DNA from: Bacteroidales bacterium CF
Lineage (GTDB): Bacteria > Bacteroidota > Bacteroidia > Bacteroidales > UBA932
Length of the DNA stretch: 64,000 nt
Assembly (NCBI GenBank): GCA_000473305.1
Contig: CP006772.1
Location: forward strand, 2,237,805-2,301,804
Direction: 5' to 3'
In this document: positions 10,468 to 20,600 of the stretch, piece after piece
Layout: the number at the start of each line of letters is the position of its first letter
Position numbering within the stretch: the first letter of the stretch is position 1
The notes under the pieces: model-generated
What the model was told of the DNA's origin: nothing
Database searches by the model: none
What the model saw: only the letters and a program-made list of their open reading frames with translations
Position numbers and translations under genes: made by a program

Positions 10468-11202
10468 ATGAACAACCAAGAGACACTAATCCAACTTGAA
10501 TCCCTGAAGATGAAGGGTATGGCACAGGCCTTCTCTGCCATTATGAATCTTGCACCTCACAACAGACCTCCCTTGGAACAAATAATGGCAAAGATGGTTG
10601 AGTCTGAGCTGCTTTCCAGAAATGAACGGAAGACGACAATGTATCTTAAAACAAGCAAATTGAGATACAACAGTGTCCTTGAGGAAGTTATCTGTTCTGA
10701 ACAGCGTAACTTTACCAAAGAGCAGTTACTGGATTTATCTGACTGTAGCTTTGTAAAACGAGCAGAAAACATACTCATAACGGGTAAAACCGGTTGCGGG
10801 AAAAGCTATCTTGCCTGTGCCATCGGGAAGCAGGCTTGCCACATGGGGATACGGACAGAGTACTTCGCAATGAACAAGTTCATTGAAAAGATAGCCATGG
10901 CAAAAATTGAAGGTTCATTCATTAAAGTCATCAATCATATTGAAAAAAACGACCTTATTATCTTTGACGACTTCGGATTGCAACCGCTGGATACCAACTC
11001 CCGTTTGGCTCTTCTGCAGATACTGGAAGACTTTTATGAACGAAAATCAGTTATCATTACATCCCAACTACCCGTAAAAAACTGGTACGACTATATCGGG
11101 GAACCTACTCTGGCCGATGCAATAATGGATCGTGTCACCAGTAACTCTAGAAGAGTTGAGATAAAAGGCGAATCAATGAGAAGAAAAGAGAGAAAAAATT
11201 AA
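10468..11202 (+). CDS. istB: IS21-family helper ATPase IstB
   Basis: 244 aa with Walker A GKTGCGKSYLA. AAA+ DnaC-like. Confidence 0.9.
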   Translation: MNNQETLIQLESLKMKGMAQAFSAIMNLAPHNRPPLEQIMAKMVESELLSRNERKTTMYLKTSKLRYNSVLEEVICSEQRNFTKEQLLDLSDCSFVKRAENILITGKTGCGKSYLACAIGKQACHMGIRTEYFAMNKFIEKIAMAKIEGSFIKVINHIEKNDLIIFDDFGLQPLDTNSRLALLQILEDFYERKSVIITSQLPVKNWYDYIGEPTLADAIMDRVTSNSRRVEIKGESMRRKERKN

Positions 11203-11285
11203 TACTTTTATGTCAAGTTTACAGCTCTTTCTCGGTGGCTCATTTGTGAGTGATACAGTGGCCTATTTGATGTGATATATTCAGA

Positions 11286-11628
11286 TTTCTGCTTTCTTAA
11301 AATCTATGTTCTTAAATTCTTCGGTTAATAAGGAATCGGTGGTCTCCTTGTCGTTCGTAAATGACACTAAACCTTTATCAAAATGCCATGTTCCTAAGTA
11401 ATTAATTGTATTACTCAAGACTTCAAAATTATATCTCACAAGTTTCTCTATTACTAACTCTCCTTACAAGGGTTAAATCAAATCCGGATTGAATAGCAAA
11501 ACCTGTGACAAAGGCCCGGTAATATTATTGAATACAGAAAAGAGACTTCCTCAGTTAAATACACCCTCTCAAGGCAAAAATCAGACAACCAGCACAAACT
11601 TCAGCATTCACAACTATTTTCAAGTTGG
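11286..11628. repeat. 150 bp of unmatched DNA plus the 3' part of the NC1 copy disrupted by IS21 #1
   Basis: 11440-11628 (GGGTTAAATCAAATCCGGATTGAATAGCAAAACCTGTGACAAAGGCCCGGTAATATTATTGAA...CAAGTTGGTTATAACGG) matches the 3' half of NC1. It is the same subvariant as the copy at 61780-61965. Confidence 0.6.
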
Positions 11629-11692
11629 TTATAACGGTTTCGCGGTAAAATTCCGTTTTAATGGAATTTAACGCGTGTTAGCGGGTCGTTGC
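11629..11692 (-). other. attC-like site (short type, about 60 bp)
   Basis: TTATAACGG|TTTCGCGGTAAAATTCCGTTTTAATGGAATTTAACGCGTGTTAGCGG with an internal imperfect palindrome (CGCGGTAAAATTCC / GGAATTTAACGCG). Lies immediately 3' of a minus-strand gene. Confidence 0.6.
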
Positions 11693-11695
11693 TTT

Positions 11696-12553
11696 TTATT
11701 TTAGTTTTTTCATTGTCTGGTTTTCAATTAGTGATCTCATTTGTGTAATGGCAACTTTATTGAGTTGAATAAGTCGTTCTCTTTGAGGTAATCCCTGACG
11801 GATAAGCAGAGCATTTATACTCTCCATATTGCTCAAAACTACTAATTGTTCTATGGTTGCGTAGTCTCTTATGTTTCCGACTTTGTCGAGATTATTGTCC
11901 CTCCACTCTTTGGCGGTAATCCCGAATAGAGCAACATTCAGCAAATCGGCTTCGTTTGCATAAACTAAGCTAACTTGTTGTGTCGTGATTTCTTGCGGTA
12001 TAATGGTTTCTTTAATAGCGTCTGTCTGAATTTGATAATTTATTTTTGCTAATGTGCGTTGTAAATTCCAACCTAACTCAAGACGGTTATTTTCATCGTC
12101 TTTCAGTCGCTGAAACTCATTGACTAGATAAATCTGAAATTCCGGACTTAACCACATGGCAAAGTGAAATGCAATGTCTTTGTGTGCATAAGTACCACCA
12201 TAACGCCCTGCCTTTACAATCATTCCGATTGCTTTGGTTCGTTCAACCCATTGTCCTACAGACATTATAAACCTATTTATGCCTGCTTCATGTCCAATTA
12301 CCCCGAATTCGGTGTAATTAAAAATAGGGTTGTTTACTTTTTCCCACACGCCTAAATACTCCAATGTGTTTTTATTGGTTATCCATTTACCGATTAACCC
12401 ACTACCCTCATTGAATCCGGTTGTCATATCAGTCAGGCTGATATAGTCGGTTTCATTTTGGCTGATAACAGTTATTGACGATTCTTTTACCTGTAATACT
12501 CTTCCTTTTGCCATTGTGTTTTCCTGTTTTTTTGTTTTGGTGTCACTCCGCAA
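11696..12553 (-). CDS. KilA-N domain-containing protein
   Basis: 285-aa single-gene cassette. The N-terminal region resembles KilA-N DNA-binding domains (..ISLTDM..GKWITNKNTLEYLGVWE..). Low certainty on family. Confidence 0.45.
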   Translation of the reverse strand: MRSDTKTKKQENTMAKGRVLQVKESSITVISQNETDYISLTDMTTGFNEGSGLIGKWITNKNTLEYLGVWEKVNNPIFNYTEFGVIGHEAGINRFIMSVGQWVERTKAIGMIVKAGRYGGTYAHKDIAFHFAMWLSPEFQIYLVNEFQRLKDDENNRLELGWNLQRTLAKINYQIQTDAIKETIIPQEITTQQVSLVYANEADLLNVALFGITAKEWRDNNLDKVGNIRDYATIEQLVVLSNMESINALLIRQGLPQRERLIQLNKVAITQMRSLIENQTMKKLK

Positions 12554-12558
12554 TGACC

Positions 12559-12618
12559 GCTAACGATCCCGCGGTAAAATTCCGTTTTAATGGGATTTAA
12601 CGCGTGTTATGGGGCGTT
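12559..12618 (-). other. attC-like site (short type)
   Basis: CGCTAACG|ATCCCGCGGTAAAATTCCGTTTTAATGGGATTTAACGCGTGTTATGG. Same family as the site at 11629. Confidence 0.6.
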
Positions 12619-12620
12619 TA

Positions 12621-12944
12621 TTAATCAACATATGTTTCTTTGATTACATTCTTCACATTATTAGTCTCTTTTTCTGTCAAATAACCCAGACTTTTAATTA
12701 TCCTGATCCTGTCAACAGTCCTGATTTGGTCTAATACAATCCACCCTTTTATTACTTTCTGGGTTATCTCAATCCTTGTCGGATATGGCTTTGAAGAACT
12801 TGTAAGAGGGGCAATTACAATCGTTTGAAGGTACTTGTTCATTTCATTTGGCGAAAGTACTACACACGGTCGAGTCTTCTTCATTTCACAGCCTATTGTA
12901 GGCTCAAGATTTAACAAAACAATCTCATACTGACTTATTTCCAT
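12621..12944 (-). CDS. type II toxin, MazF/PemK family
   Basis: 107 aa (..RPCVVLSPNEMNKYLQTIVIAPLTS..), typical MazF/PemK. Overlaps the upstream antitoxin gene. Confidence 0.8.
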   Translation of the reverse strand: MEISQYEIVLLNLEPTIGCEMKKTRPCVVLSPNEMNKYLQTIVIAPLTSSSKPYPTRIEITQKVIKGWIVLDQIRTVDRIRIIKSLGYLTEKETNNVKNVIKETYVD

Positions 12945-13198
12945 TCCTCAAATGTTTCATCGTTAAAAATGTCATCAATTCCCAACTTATCGTCTCCGGC
13001 CAAGTGCATTTGCTTAAACGATTCTTTCCATCCCTTTCTCGGTGCAGATTTTGGTTTTAAGATAATTCTTCCTTTTTCCAAAATCAATTCAATTGAATTA
13101 GTAATGTTATACTGTTCCAAAATGGATTTAGAAAGTCTAATTCCTTTTGAGTTTCCAATGTTGATAACTGGTATTTCCATAATTTCTAATTTGTACAT
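12935..13198 (-). CDS. antitoxin, MazE/AbrB-SpoVT family
   Basis: 87 aa with an AbrB-type swapped-hairpin N-terminus (IPVINIGNSKGIRLSKSIL). Followed by an acidic tail. Overlaps mazF by 10 nt. Confidence 0.7.
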   Translation of the reverse strand: MYKLEIMEIPVINIGNSKGIRLSKSILEQYNITNSIELILEKGRIILKPKSAPRKGWKESFKQMHLAGDDKLGIDDIFNDETFEEWK

Positions 13199-13258
13199 AC
13201 AAAGTAATTACTTTTTAACGAGAATTACAAATTCGGAATATTTAATCGAAAAAATGCC

Positions 13259-13377
13259 TCATAACGGTTGCGTGTATGAAACGTTTGGCATTTCGAAGCA
13301 CTTTCCTGTCAAGTTACAACTACTTTTGATACGAGCTGTAACACTTGAATAAGCACTGTCTGCCAAATGTTTTATAC
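13259..13377 (-). other. attC-like site (about 120 bp)
   Basis: CATAACGG|TTGCGTGTATGAAACGTTTGGCATTTCG...CTGCCAAATGTTTTATAC. Outer inverted repeats GTGTATGAAACGTTTGGCA / TGCCAAATGTTTTATACAC flank a variable centre. Confidence 0.7.
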
Positions 13378-14679
13378 CCATTGTTGGCGTTTCGTTGTTC
13401 TTTTTATCTCAATAAGCGTATCATCAATTTTCTTTGTTTCCGTAATTATTTTGTCTTTTAGTTCTTCATTAATTGGCAGTTTTTGATAATCAGCAGAATT
13501 TTCAGAATGTATTGGAATAATTCCTGTTTTCGGATTTACAAGATTACAAACATCAGCGAGACATTCCGCAGAAGCGTGTCCGCTTGTATGTATTTTACTT
13601 ACTTTGGAAAACTTATCAATAAAATCCAAATATTTCTTATTTGCATGTTTGCATTGCGGATTTATATATTCTTTCCACATTGAATAAATCAGAATGGTTT
13701 TGTCTTTCTCTAATAATGGCAACAAAAACTCTGTGTAATCATCGAATTTATCAGTTGCACGAACTAACATACAAAAACCTTTATCTTTCATCCAATTTAT
13801 TAGTTTCTCGTTGTCTTTCCGGAAAATATAAGGTTTCTCAAAATCAAATAATGTACTTTTTTTACCCGCAGTATCTGAAAATATTTCTAAAACACTTTCT
13901 TGAAAATCATCACAAACAAAAGGTCTGCCGTTCATTTTTTGATTTGCTGCATGAAAAGTAGCTAATCGTTCCATGTCAGTTGATGAACACAAAACAAATA
14001 CATTTTTATTTTGCTTCATAAGCTCTACAACTTCTCCTTTCAATTCATTTTCGTGTCGAACTCTTTCGTCTAAACGTGCAAGCATTGTTCCTTCAGTAAT
14101 TAGAAAATCAATCTTCCCTTGTTTAAGAATTAGTTTTTCAATAGTTGGAAGAAGACCTTTACCAAGATAACCGTGCTCCCGAAAATCGCCAGTATGCAAA
14201 ATCCTCTTCCCATTTACTTCAATTAAAAACATATAGGCATCGTAAGCCGAATGGCTTACGAAATATGGTATTATTTTAATATCTCCAACTTTAAATATTT
14301 GTTGAGATTCAAAAGATTGCATTGCTTCTATTCTATCAATTTCTTTTTCCGACTGTTCTTTGCGGTCTTTGATGAATGAAAGGCGTTGATGTTTACATAA
14401 AGCTACTCTTTTTGCAACTTTACCAATATATTGAGTAATTGAATTAGGAACAAGATGAAATAGACCTAAATGGTCTCCGTGATAATGTGTGTAAAATATT
14501 GCATCAATATCTTTTGTTATCTTTTCAATTGCATCTGAATTAGCAAAATCATCGTTTACAACACCTTCGCCATTAGGAAGATTTTGCCCCAAATCTATTA
14601 GGATTTTTGCGTTGTTAGTTGCAATTTCAGTTATGCAACCTCCAATTTGGTCTATACCTCGATGGATTGTAATTCTCAT
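13372..14679 (-). CDS. MBL-fold metallo-hydrolase of the beta-CASP (RNase J/CPSF-like) type
   Basis: 435 aa with an HYHGDH metal-binding motif and the downstream beta-CASP motifs (HTGDF, HTSGHAS). Confidence 0.65.
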   Translation of the reverse strand: MRITIHRGIDQIGGCITEIATNNAKILIDLGQNLPNGEGVVNDDFANSDAIEKITKDIDAIFYTHYHGDHLGLFHLVPNSITQYIGKVAKRVALCKHQRLSFIKDRKEQSEKEIDRIEAMQSFESQQIFKVGDIKIIPYFVSHSAYDAYMFLIEVNGKRILHTGDFREHGYLGKGLLPTIEKLILKQGKIDFLITEGTMLARLDERVRHENELKGEVVELMKQNKNVFVLCSSTDMERLATFHAANQKMNGRPFVCDDFQESVLEIFSDTAGKKSTLFDFEKPYIFRKDNEKLINWMKDKGFCMLVRATDKFDDYTEFLLPLLEKDKTILIYSMWKEYINPQCKHANKKYLDFIDKFSKVSKIHTSGHASAECLADVCNLVNPKTGIIPIHSENSADYQKLPINEELKDKIITETKKIDDTLIEIKRTTKRQQWV

Positions 14680-15464
14680 TTTAGCTTGTAATTGTTATCG
14701 CTCACAACTATTAGTTTATGTCGATTTTTGAGTTCATTCGAAAATTCTGCAATTTGCGAATTGGTGTCAGGATGAAAAACAAAAACTAATTCAGGGTTTT
14801 GCTTTTCAAAAGCATCGGAGAAACTGAAATTATCAATGATTCCTAATTTAATTTTGTCTTCGATAATATTCTGAATGTCTTTTACCAGATTCGTTTTAAA
14901 TATTTTTTCGTTTTTTCCAAATAGATATTTTTCAAAATCACAAATATGCTCTTCAATCCCAGATTTCCCTTTTGTAGCACCCATTCCTTTTTTTACTTCA
15001 AAGAATATAATTCTATTTGTTTCTTTGTCTATTCCTAACAAGTCAAAAACACCACGTTTTTCTCTACAATATTTTTCAATTTGATTTTGCTCAAAAGCAT
15101 ATTCCATATCAAGAATGATATACTTATCACTTTTGTCTTGATTGCTTTTTGCGATATTTTGTTGTGAGTCAAATTCCGCTCTTTGTTTTTTGCTTTCAAG
15201 CCAATTATCAATTGTTTTTTTTATCAGTTTGAAATATTCTTTTGGATTAGAAACCGCTAAATCAGTATTTGGGACATTTCCGTACTTTATATCAACTTTT
15301 AATTTCTTAATTTCTAATGCTTTTCCTTTTCGATAATAAACAAAGGCATCGCCATTTTGACGAACTTCCAAACGTAATTCGTTATCTGATTTGATGTAGT
15401 TTAACAAAGGCAATAAATCACCATTTGTCAATCTTTCAATAAGTTTATCATCAATTTTTCGCAT
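14676..15464 (-). CDS. hypothetical protein, possible PD-(D/E)xK nuclease fold
   Basis: 262 aa. ..YIILDMEYAF...IIFFEVKKGMG.. fits a D...E-x-K signature. Overlaps the MBL gene by 4 nt, suggesting an operon. Confidence 0.4.
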   Translation of the reverse strand: MRKIDDKLIERLTNGDLLPLLNYIKSDNELRLEVRQNGDAFVYYRKGKALEIKKLKVDIKYGNVPNTDLAVSNPKEYFKLIKKTIDNWLESKKQRAEFDSQQNIAKSNQDKSDKYIILDMEYAFEQNQIEKYCREKRGVFDLLGIDKETNRIIFFEVKKGMGATKGKSGIEEHICDFEKYLFGKNEKIFKTNLVKDIQNIIEDKIKLGIIDNFSFSDAFEKQNPELVFVFHPDTNSQIAEFSNELKNRHKLIVVSDNNYKLK

Positions 15465-15488
15465 ATCGTCTGTCTTTTTACAATGACG

Positions 15489-15616
15489 CCCAACGGTTGG
15501 TGTATGAAGCGTTGGGCATTTCGGAGCACTTTCCTGTCAAACCGCTACAAAGTTGATTAAAGGTAATTCGCTTAAAACCTGCACTTTCCGCCCAATGATT
15601 TATACACCTTGTTACC
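15489..15616 (-). other. attC-like site (about 128 bp)
   Basis: CCAACGG|TTGGTGTATGAAGCGTTGGGCA...GCCCAATGATTTATACACC TTGTTACC. Outer inverted repeats present. Confidence 0.7.
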
Positions 15617-15785
15617 ACCTGGTGTTTTTGACTTTCTGTCCCCAAAAAACAATAGAAATTTTGAAGCCTTGTGACATTATCACTTTTTTGTATTCTAATT
15701 ATTGTCAATATGTGTGGTTTGAGTATTATTTCTTAATATCAGTAAATTTATTAAATAATTCTCAAAATATGCAGGGGCTTTGTAA

Positions 15786-15843
15786 GCTCTTTGACAAAGC
15801 TTAGGAAATAGCGTTGGCTTGTGCGGCTTTGGCAATGTGCTTA
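15786..15843 (+). repeat. conserved ~60-bp bracket motif, copy M1 (3' side of the efflux cassette)
   Basis: GCTCTTTGACAAAGCTTAGG..GCGTTGGCTTGTGCGGCTTTGGCAATGTGCTTAC. Direct repeat of M2 at 24891. Confidence 0.6.
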
Positions 15844-15891
15844 CAAAATGAGTAGGGTAATGAGGAAATTGTTTTAATGAATCTTAAAGCT

Positions 15892-16275
15892 TTATTTTGC
15901 TCCTCCATTTTCAGAAATGAATGTAATAAGAATTAATTTTTGCCCCCAATCATCTGGATATAGTTCTTTTATTGATTTTTCAAAAAATGTACTGTTATTA
16001 TACATTTCAGTATTAAGAAACCACTTGACATTCATATCTTCTTTTTGAATAGTTTTAAGGTTCCATTCATCTGATTCGATTACTTGAATAATTTCCATTA
16101 AAACTTTTTTATACAGCTTTTCCTTTGAACGAAAATAATAGTGAATGGCAGATTTATTAACGCCAGCTTTTTTGGCAATTTGCTGTAACGTTATTCCATA
16201 AAAACCATAACGTACAAAAATAGTTATTGCGGCATCTAGAATTTTTTGTTCTGTATTAAATTCTGGTGGTCTCAT
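15892..16275 (-). CDS. TetR/AcrR family transcriptional regulator
   Basis: 127 aa with a TetR HTH (YGFYGITLQQIAKKAGVNKSAIHYYFRSKEKLY). Confidence 0.75.
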   Translation of the reverse strand: MRPPEFNTEQKILDAAITIFVRYGFYGITLQQIAKKAGVNKSAIHYYFRSKEKLYKKVLMEIIQVIESDEWNLKTIQKEDMNVKWFLNTEMYNNSTFFEKSIKELYPDDWGQKLILITFISENGGAK

Positions 16276-16285
16276 TCTAACACTT

Positions 16286-17179
16286 TTAAAATCTTAGTTT
16301 TTCAGTCATAAAGCCAAAGCGCAGCACATCTAAACGGTGGTCGAAATACATGTTGTAGTAATCCGTTCCGTGGTAGTATTGTACAAAAAGCCCGATATCT
16401 TCCAGAAATTTTGGATGATAATAGAAAGTCAGGCTCAGGTTCAGGCGTTCAGCAGAAAAAACATCGAGTTGGTTGAAATCCCCAAACATCCATGTGATTT
16501 CACCTTTTATCGAAAAGGCTGACTTTTTTAAGTCTTCCTGGTTATTTCTTGACGAAAGTTTAAAAATAGAAAAGGCGTTATGCCAACGATATTGACTGTA
16601 AAATCCTTCCAACTCCTCCTGCATAAAGCCATTGGGGTGAACTTCGAACGACGTTTTAAAAAATTGATACGCATTAAAGCGTCTGTTTAGGTTGGTTTTG
16701 ATTAAACCGGCTTCCAGAAAATTGGTGGAAAAATCACCCGAATTATGATTAAAACTTCCGTCCTCCAGAATGAAATCACCGTCTTGACCGTTCGAGTGAT
16801 GTGCCGCACGAAGAAAGACGCTCGAACTTTTAAATTGATTTTTATCATTTAGTTTGTAGTAAACAGTAATTTGAGGCATATAACTGGGTGTACGCACCGG
16901 ATACGATTCTTCCTGGTACATACGAATAATGATTTGAGGAGTAAGAACGCCCATTAACCGGGCATTCTTACTTTTTCTCAAATAAAAGTTTGGAATAACA
17001 TTCCCTTCAAACCAAAGTGGTTCAATGTTCCCAATGTCGGTTGGAAAGGTAATGTAACTGTTCCCCTGATTAACCTGTGAAATAAGGGTTAATTCCATTT
17101 TCTGTTCTTTGTTTTCCTGACTCCGGGCAGCAAAGGCAAATAATATAAGTGCCAGAGTTAATTTTGCTTTGTATTTCAT
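16286..17179 (-). CDS. outer-membrane phospholipase A1-like protein
   Basis: 297 aa with a signal peptide. The HHSNGQDG motif resembles the OMPLA catalytic H-x-S-N-G segment. Confidence 0.45.
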   Translation of the reverse strand: MKYKAKLTLALILFAFAARSQENKEQKMELTLISQVNQGNSYITFPTDIGNIEPLWFEGNVIPNFYLRKSKNARLMGVLTPQIIIRMYQEESYPVRTPSYMPQITVYYKLNDKNQFKSSSVFLRAAHHSNGQDGDFILEDGSFNHNSGDFSTNFLEAGLIKTNLNRRFNAYQFFKTSFEVHPNGFMQEELEGFYSQYRWHNAFSIFKLSSRNNQEDLKKSAFSIKGEITWMFGDFNQLDVFSAERLNLSLTFYYHPKFLEDIGLFVQYYHGTDYYNMYFDHRLDVLRFGFMTEKLRF

Positions 17180-17180
17180 T

Positions 17181-17630
17181 TCACAGGTATATTATATGAA
17201 CTTCGATTTCTTTTTCCCCTACAAACTCAAATGCAGCTTTGGTGAAGCTCGGACGGTTTGAGATTTTCAGTGATGTGAAATTCGAAAAGCCAATCCCTTC
17301 TTTTGGAAGAATTAGTCCCTTTTTTACTCTCCCATCCTTATCTTCATCGTGCAATACGTTTACTGCATATTTGCCGCGAGGCAGGTTTAAGAATGTTATT
17401 TCGGCGCTACGGTTTTTTATTTTTGCAGTGTTTTTCCGATAATATTTCGTGTACTCTTCATCCGGAATGGAACCGTTGGTGTTGTAAAGAGCAAATTGCA
17501 CAACACCATTCTCATTTCTCAAATCTTTTACTTTTACGGTAAGCGGATAAGTTTCTTCTTTTTTATTCTGAAAAGAAGAACTTAGTAAAAGAAGTACGTT
17601 CAATTGTAGTATCCATCTTAGTTCTCTCAT
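17181..17630 (-). CDS. DUF2141-like secreted protein
   Basis: 149 aa with a signal peptide. Small beta-rich protein of the kind commonly adjacent to Bacteroidota efflux operons. Confidence 0.4.
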   Translation of the reverse strand: MRELRWILQLNVLLLLSSSFQNKKEETYPLTVKVKDLRNENGVVQFALYNTNGSIPDEEYTKYYRKNTAKIKNRSAEITFLNLPRGKYAVNVLHDEDKDGRVKKGLILPKEGIGFSNFTSLKISNRPSFTKAAFEFVGEKEIEVHIIYL

Positions 17631-20600
17631 GATTGCTTTTGTTTGTTAAACTTCTCTTTTACTGAGTCAACTACATAATAAACCACCGGAACTAAAAATA
17701 CAGTAAGAATAAGCGACGAAAGCAGCCCTCCTATAATTACCCAGGCCAGTCCGTTTTTCCATTCGCTGGCAGTACCCTGTGCAAGAGCAATGGGCAGCAT
17801 CCCAATTGCCATCGCCAGCGTGGTCATTAAAATCGGGCGCATCCGTTCTTTTCCGGCTATAATCAGGGCTTCTTTATAATGCTTGCCTTCGGCTTTTAGC
17901 TGGTTGGTGAAATCAACAATCAGGATAGCATTTTTGGTTACCAGTCCCATCAACATGATTAAGCCCAGGAGTGCAAACAAGGTGATGTCGTTGGCCGATA
18001 AATTCAAGGCGAGGAAAGCCCCGATAGCTGCTACCGGAATACCAAACAAGGCTACAAACGGATAGATGTAACTATCGTACAAAGCCACCATAATCAGGTA
18101 AATGAGTATAAACGAAATCAGCAATACCGAGCCAAGTGCTCCAAAACTTTCGTTCTGGGTTTTGATATCGGCGCCCCAGGTTAATTTTACGTTTTCAGGC
18201 AGTGGATGCAAGTCGAGGTGGGCAATTACATCATCGGCAAGAGTTCCTGATGGCCGGCCAAACGATTCGGCAGTAAGCGTAACCGAAGCCTGACGGTCGA
18301 GGCGTTCAAGCAGGGATGGTGAATTGTCTTGTTTTACTTCAGCAAACTGCGAAACTGTAATCGGCAGGTTCATAGGATTTACGATGGTCAGGTTCTGCAC
18401 ATCTTCGAAATTTTTCCGGCTAAAATCATCCAACCAGATGCGTACCGGATATTCGGTGCCGTTTTCTGTTAAAGTAGCATCCTCGTTTCCAGTAAAGGCC
18501 GTCCGTAAATTAATGCCAACATAAGCAGTATTAAGTCCCAGCCGCTGCATTTTGTCCTTATCCGGAATGACTTTGTATTCCGGATTTCCTTCCACCACCG
18601 AAAGTTGAACATTGTCAGCACCCGGTAAATTTTCAACCACTGCCTGTAAATTTTGCGCTGTTTCCATCACCTCAGAAAGATTGGCTCCACTCAGCGTAAT
18701 TTTTATGGGAGCCGATTTGGGTAGCAAGCCTATAAATGCCATAGAAAAGTTAATTCCCGAAAATTCTGCTTCCAGTTCATTACGGAGCGATTTCATAAAA
18801 GCTTCGGTTTTTATATTCCGTTCTTCTTCTGGTTTTAACTGAATGGTAAATTCTGATTTATTGGCAGAACCTACTCCGAGACTTCCAATTCCCGTACTCG
18901 GACCGGCAATGTTGCTAAACAAGGTGGCTACCTCTTCGTGTTGAAGAATGTAATTCTCAACCTGTTGCGAAACAATGTTATTCTGCTGAACCGTAATGGT
19001 TTTGTCAAATTCAAGATTCAAACGAAACTTCCCCTGGTCGCCGGTCGACATCATTTCTTTTCCTATGATTCCTTGTTTCATCATTCCGGCAGTGAGAATC
19101 AATAACAAAATCACAAAACCTGTAAAAATGAGTTTGTGACCCAATACCCAGCTCAATTGTTTTCCATACCATTGAATGAAGGTTTCCAGCTGATGTTCGA
19201 ACCAAAGCAAAAAGCGATTGAAAATATTGGTTGGCTGCAAATCTTCTTTTTTCCCGATGCGAGATGCCAGCCAGGGGGTTAACGTAAACCCAACCAGTAA
19301 GCTGGTTAAAGTTGAGGTAATTACAACCACCGCAAATTGTTTAAGCATATCGGCAATAAACACCTGTAAAAACAATATTGGCAGGAATACAACTACATCA
19401 ACCAAAGTAATTGAAAGGGCAGAAAATCCGATTTCCATTCGCCCATCCATGGAGGCAGTGCGTTTTTCTTTTCCCATGTCGAGATGGCGCTGAATGTTTT
19501 CGAGAACCACAATGGCATCGTCCACCAAAATTCCAATAATCAGCGACATGGCGAGCAAGGTCATCAGGTTTAAAGTATAGCCCAGCAGCCACATTACTGC
19601 AAAGGCCGTAATCAGCGAAGTTGGGATGGATATTAAAACAATGAGCGAATTGCGGTAACTGCGCAAAAACAGCAACATCACCACCGACACCAGAATTACC
19701 GCCAGAATCAGGTCGTGAACTACAGAATCAACGGCAGCAATGGTATTATCGGTAGAGTCGTCGGCAATAATAAATTTTACCCCTGATTCTTTGTTCTGTT
19801 CTTCAATACTAGCCAGTTTTTTACGCACTAATCCTGAAACATCCACCGCATTGGCATCGCCTTGTTTTTTTAGCAGCAAGCCAATTCCGTTTATTCCGTT
19901 GTACCGGCTCACCGACTCAATCTCTTTTACTCCGTCAATTACACTGGCTACATCTTTAACGTACACAGGGCTTCCAGGAAACGGCATTGCCAACTGTACA
20001 TCCATGATGTCGTCAGTTGTGGCGAACTTTCCGGTCAGTCGAACTGAATTATTAACTTTGTCAGACTGAACTTTTCCGGCAGGTAAATCCAATCCCGAGC
20101 GGTTAATCGATTCTACTACCTGCGACAAGGAAATTTTGTACAAGCGCAGTTTTTCCTGGTCAACTTTAACCTGAATTTCGCGTTCTTCTCCGCCCAGCAT
20201 AGTAATTTCTGCCACACCTTTCAACTGCTGAATCTGTGGAAGAAAGTCATCCTTCATTTTCTGATAAAACTCTGTCTCAGGCAGATTACTGGTCGCACTT
20301 ATCGAAATAATAGGCAAATCATTCGGTGAAACTTTACTCATTACCGGACTTTGAATGTCTACAGGCAAATCGGTTCGGATATTGTCAATATACCGTTGAG
20401 CATCCTGCATGGCATTGTCCACATTGGTTCCGTATTTCAGGTTGGCGATTATCACCGACGCATTTGGCATCGACTTGGTTTCGAGGTAATCCACTCCTTC
20501 GAGGTTCGACAATGCATCTTCAATTTTACGTGAAACAGAAGTTTCCACTTCCTGAGGCTCTGCACCCGGATAAATTGTTTTTATCACCACTACAGGCTGA

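Larger units (their letters stand above)
8719..11283 (+). mobile_element. IS21-family insertion sequence #1 (istA+istB)
   Basis: The IRs TGTGATAATATCACACCAAATGTGCC...CACTCACAAATG (left) and CATTTGTGAGTGATACAG...GATGTGATATATTCA (right) contain multiple CACTCACAAATG repeats. 6-bp TSD GATTTC (8713-8718 and 11284-11289). Inserted inside an NC1 non-coding cassette. Confidence 0.8.

Noticed and set aside
11489-11671. ORFs starting MNSKTCDKGPVILLNTEKRLPQLNTPSQGKNQTTSTNFSIHNYFQVGYNG (also at 61818..62159)
   Set aside because: They lie entirely inside NC1 repeat copies and run into attC sequence. They are low-complexity with no RBS. They read as frames across a non-coding repeat.
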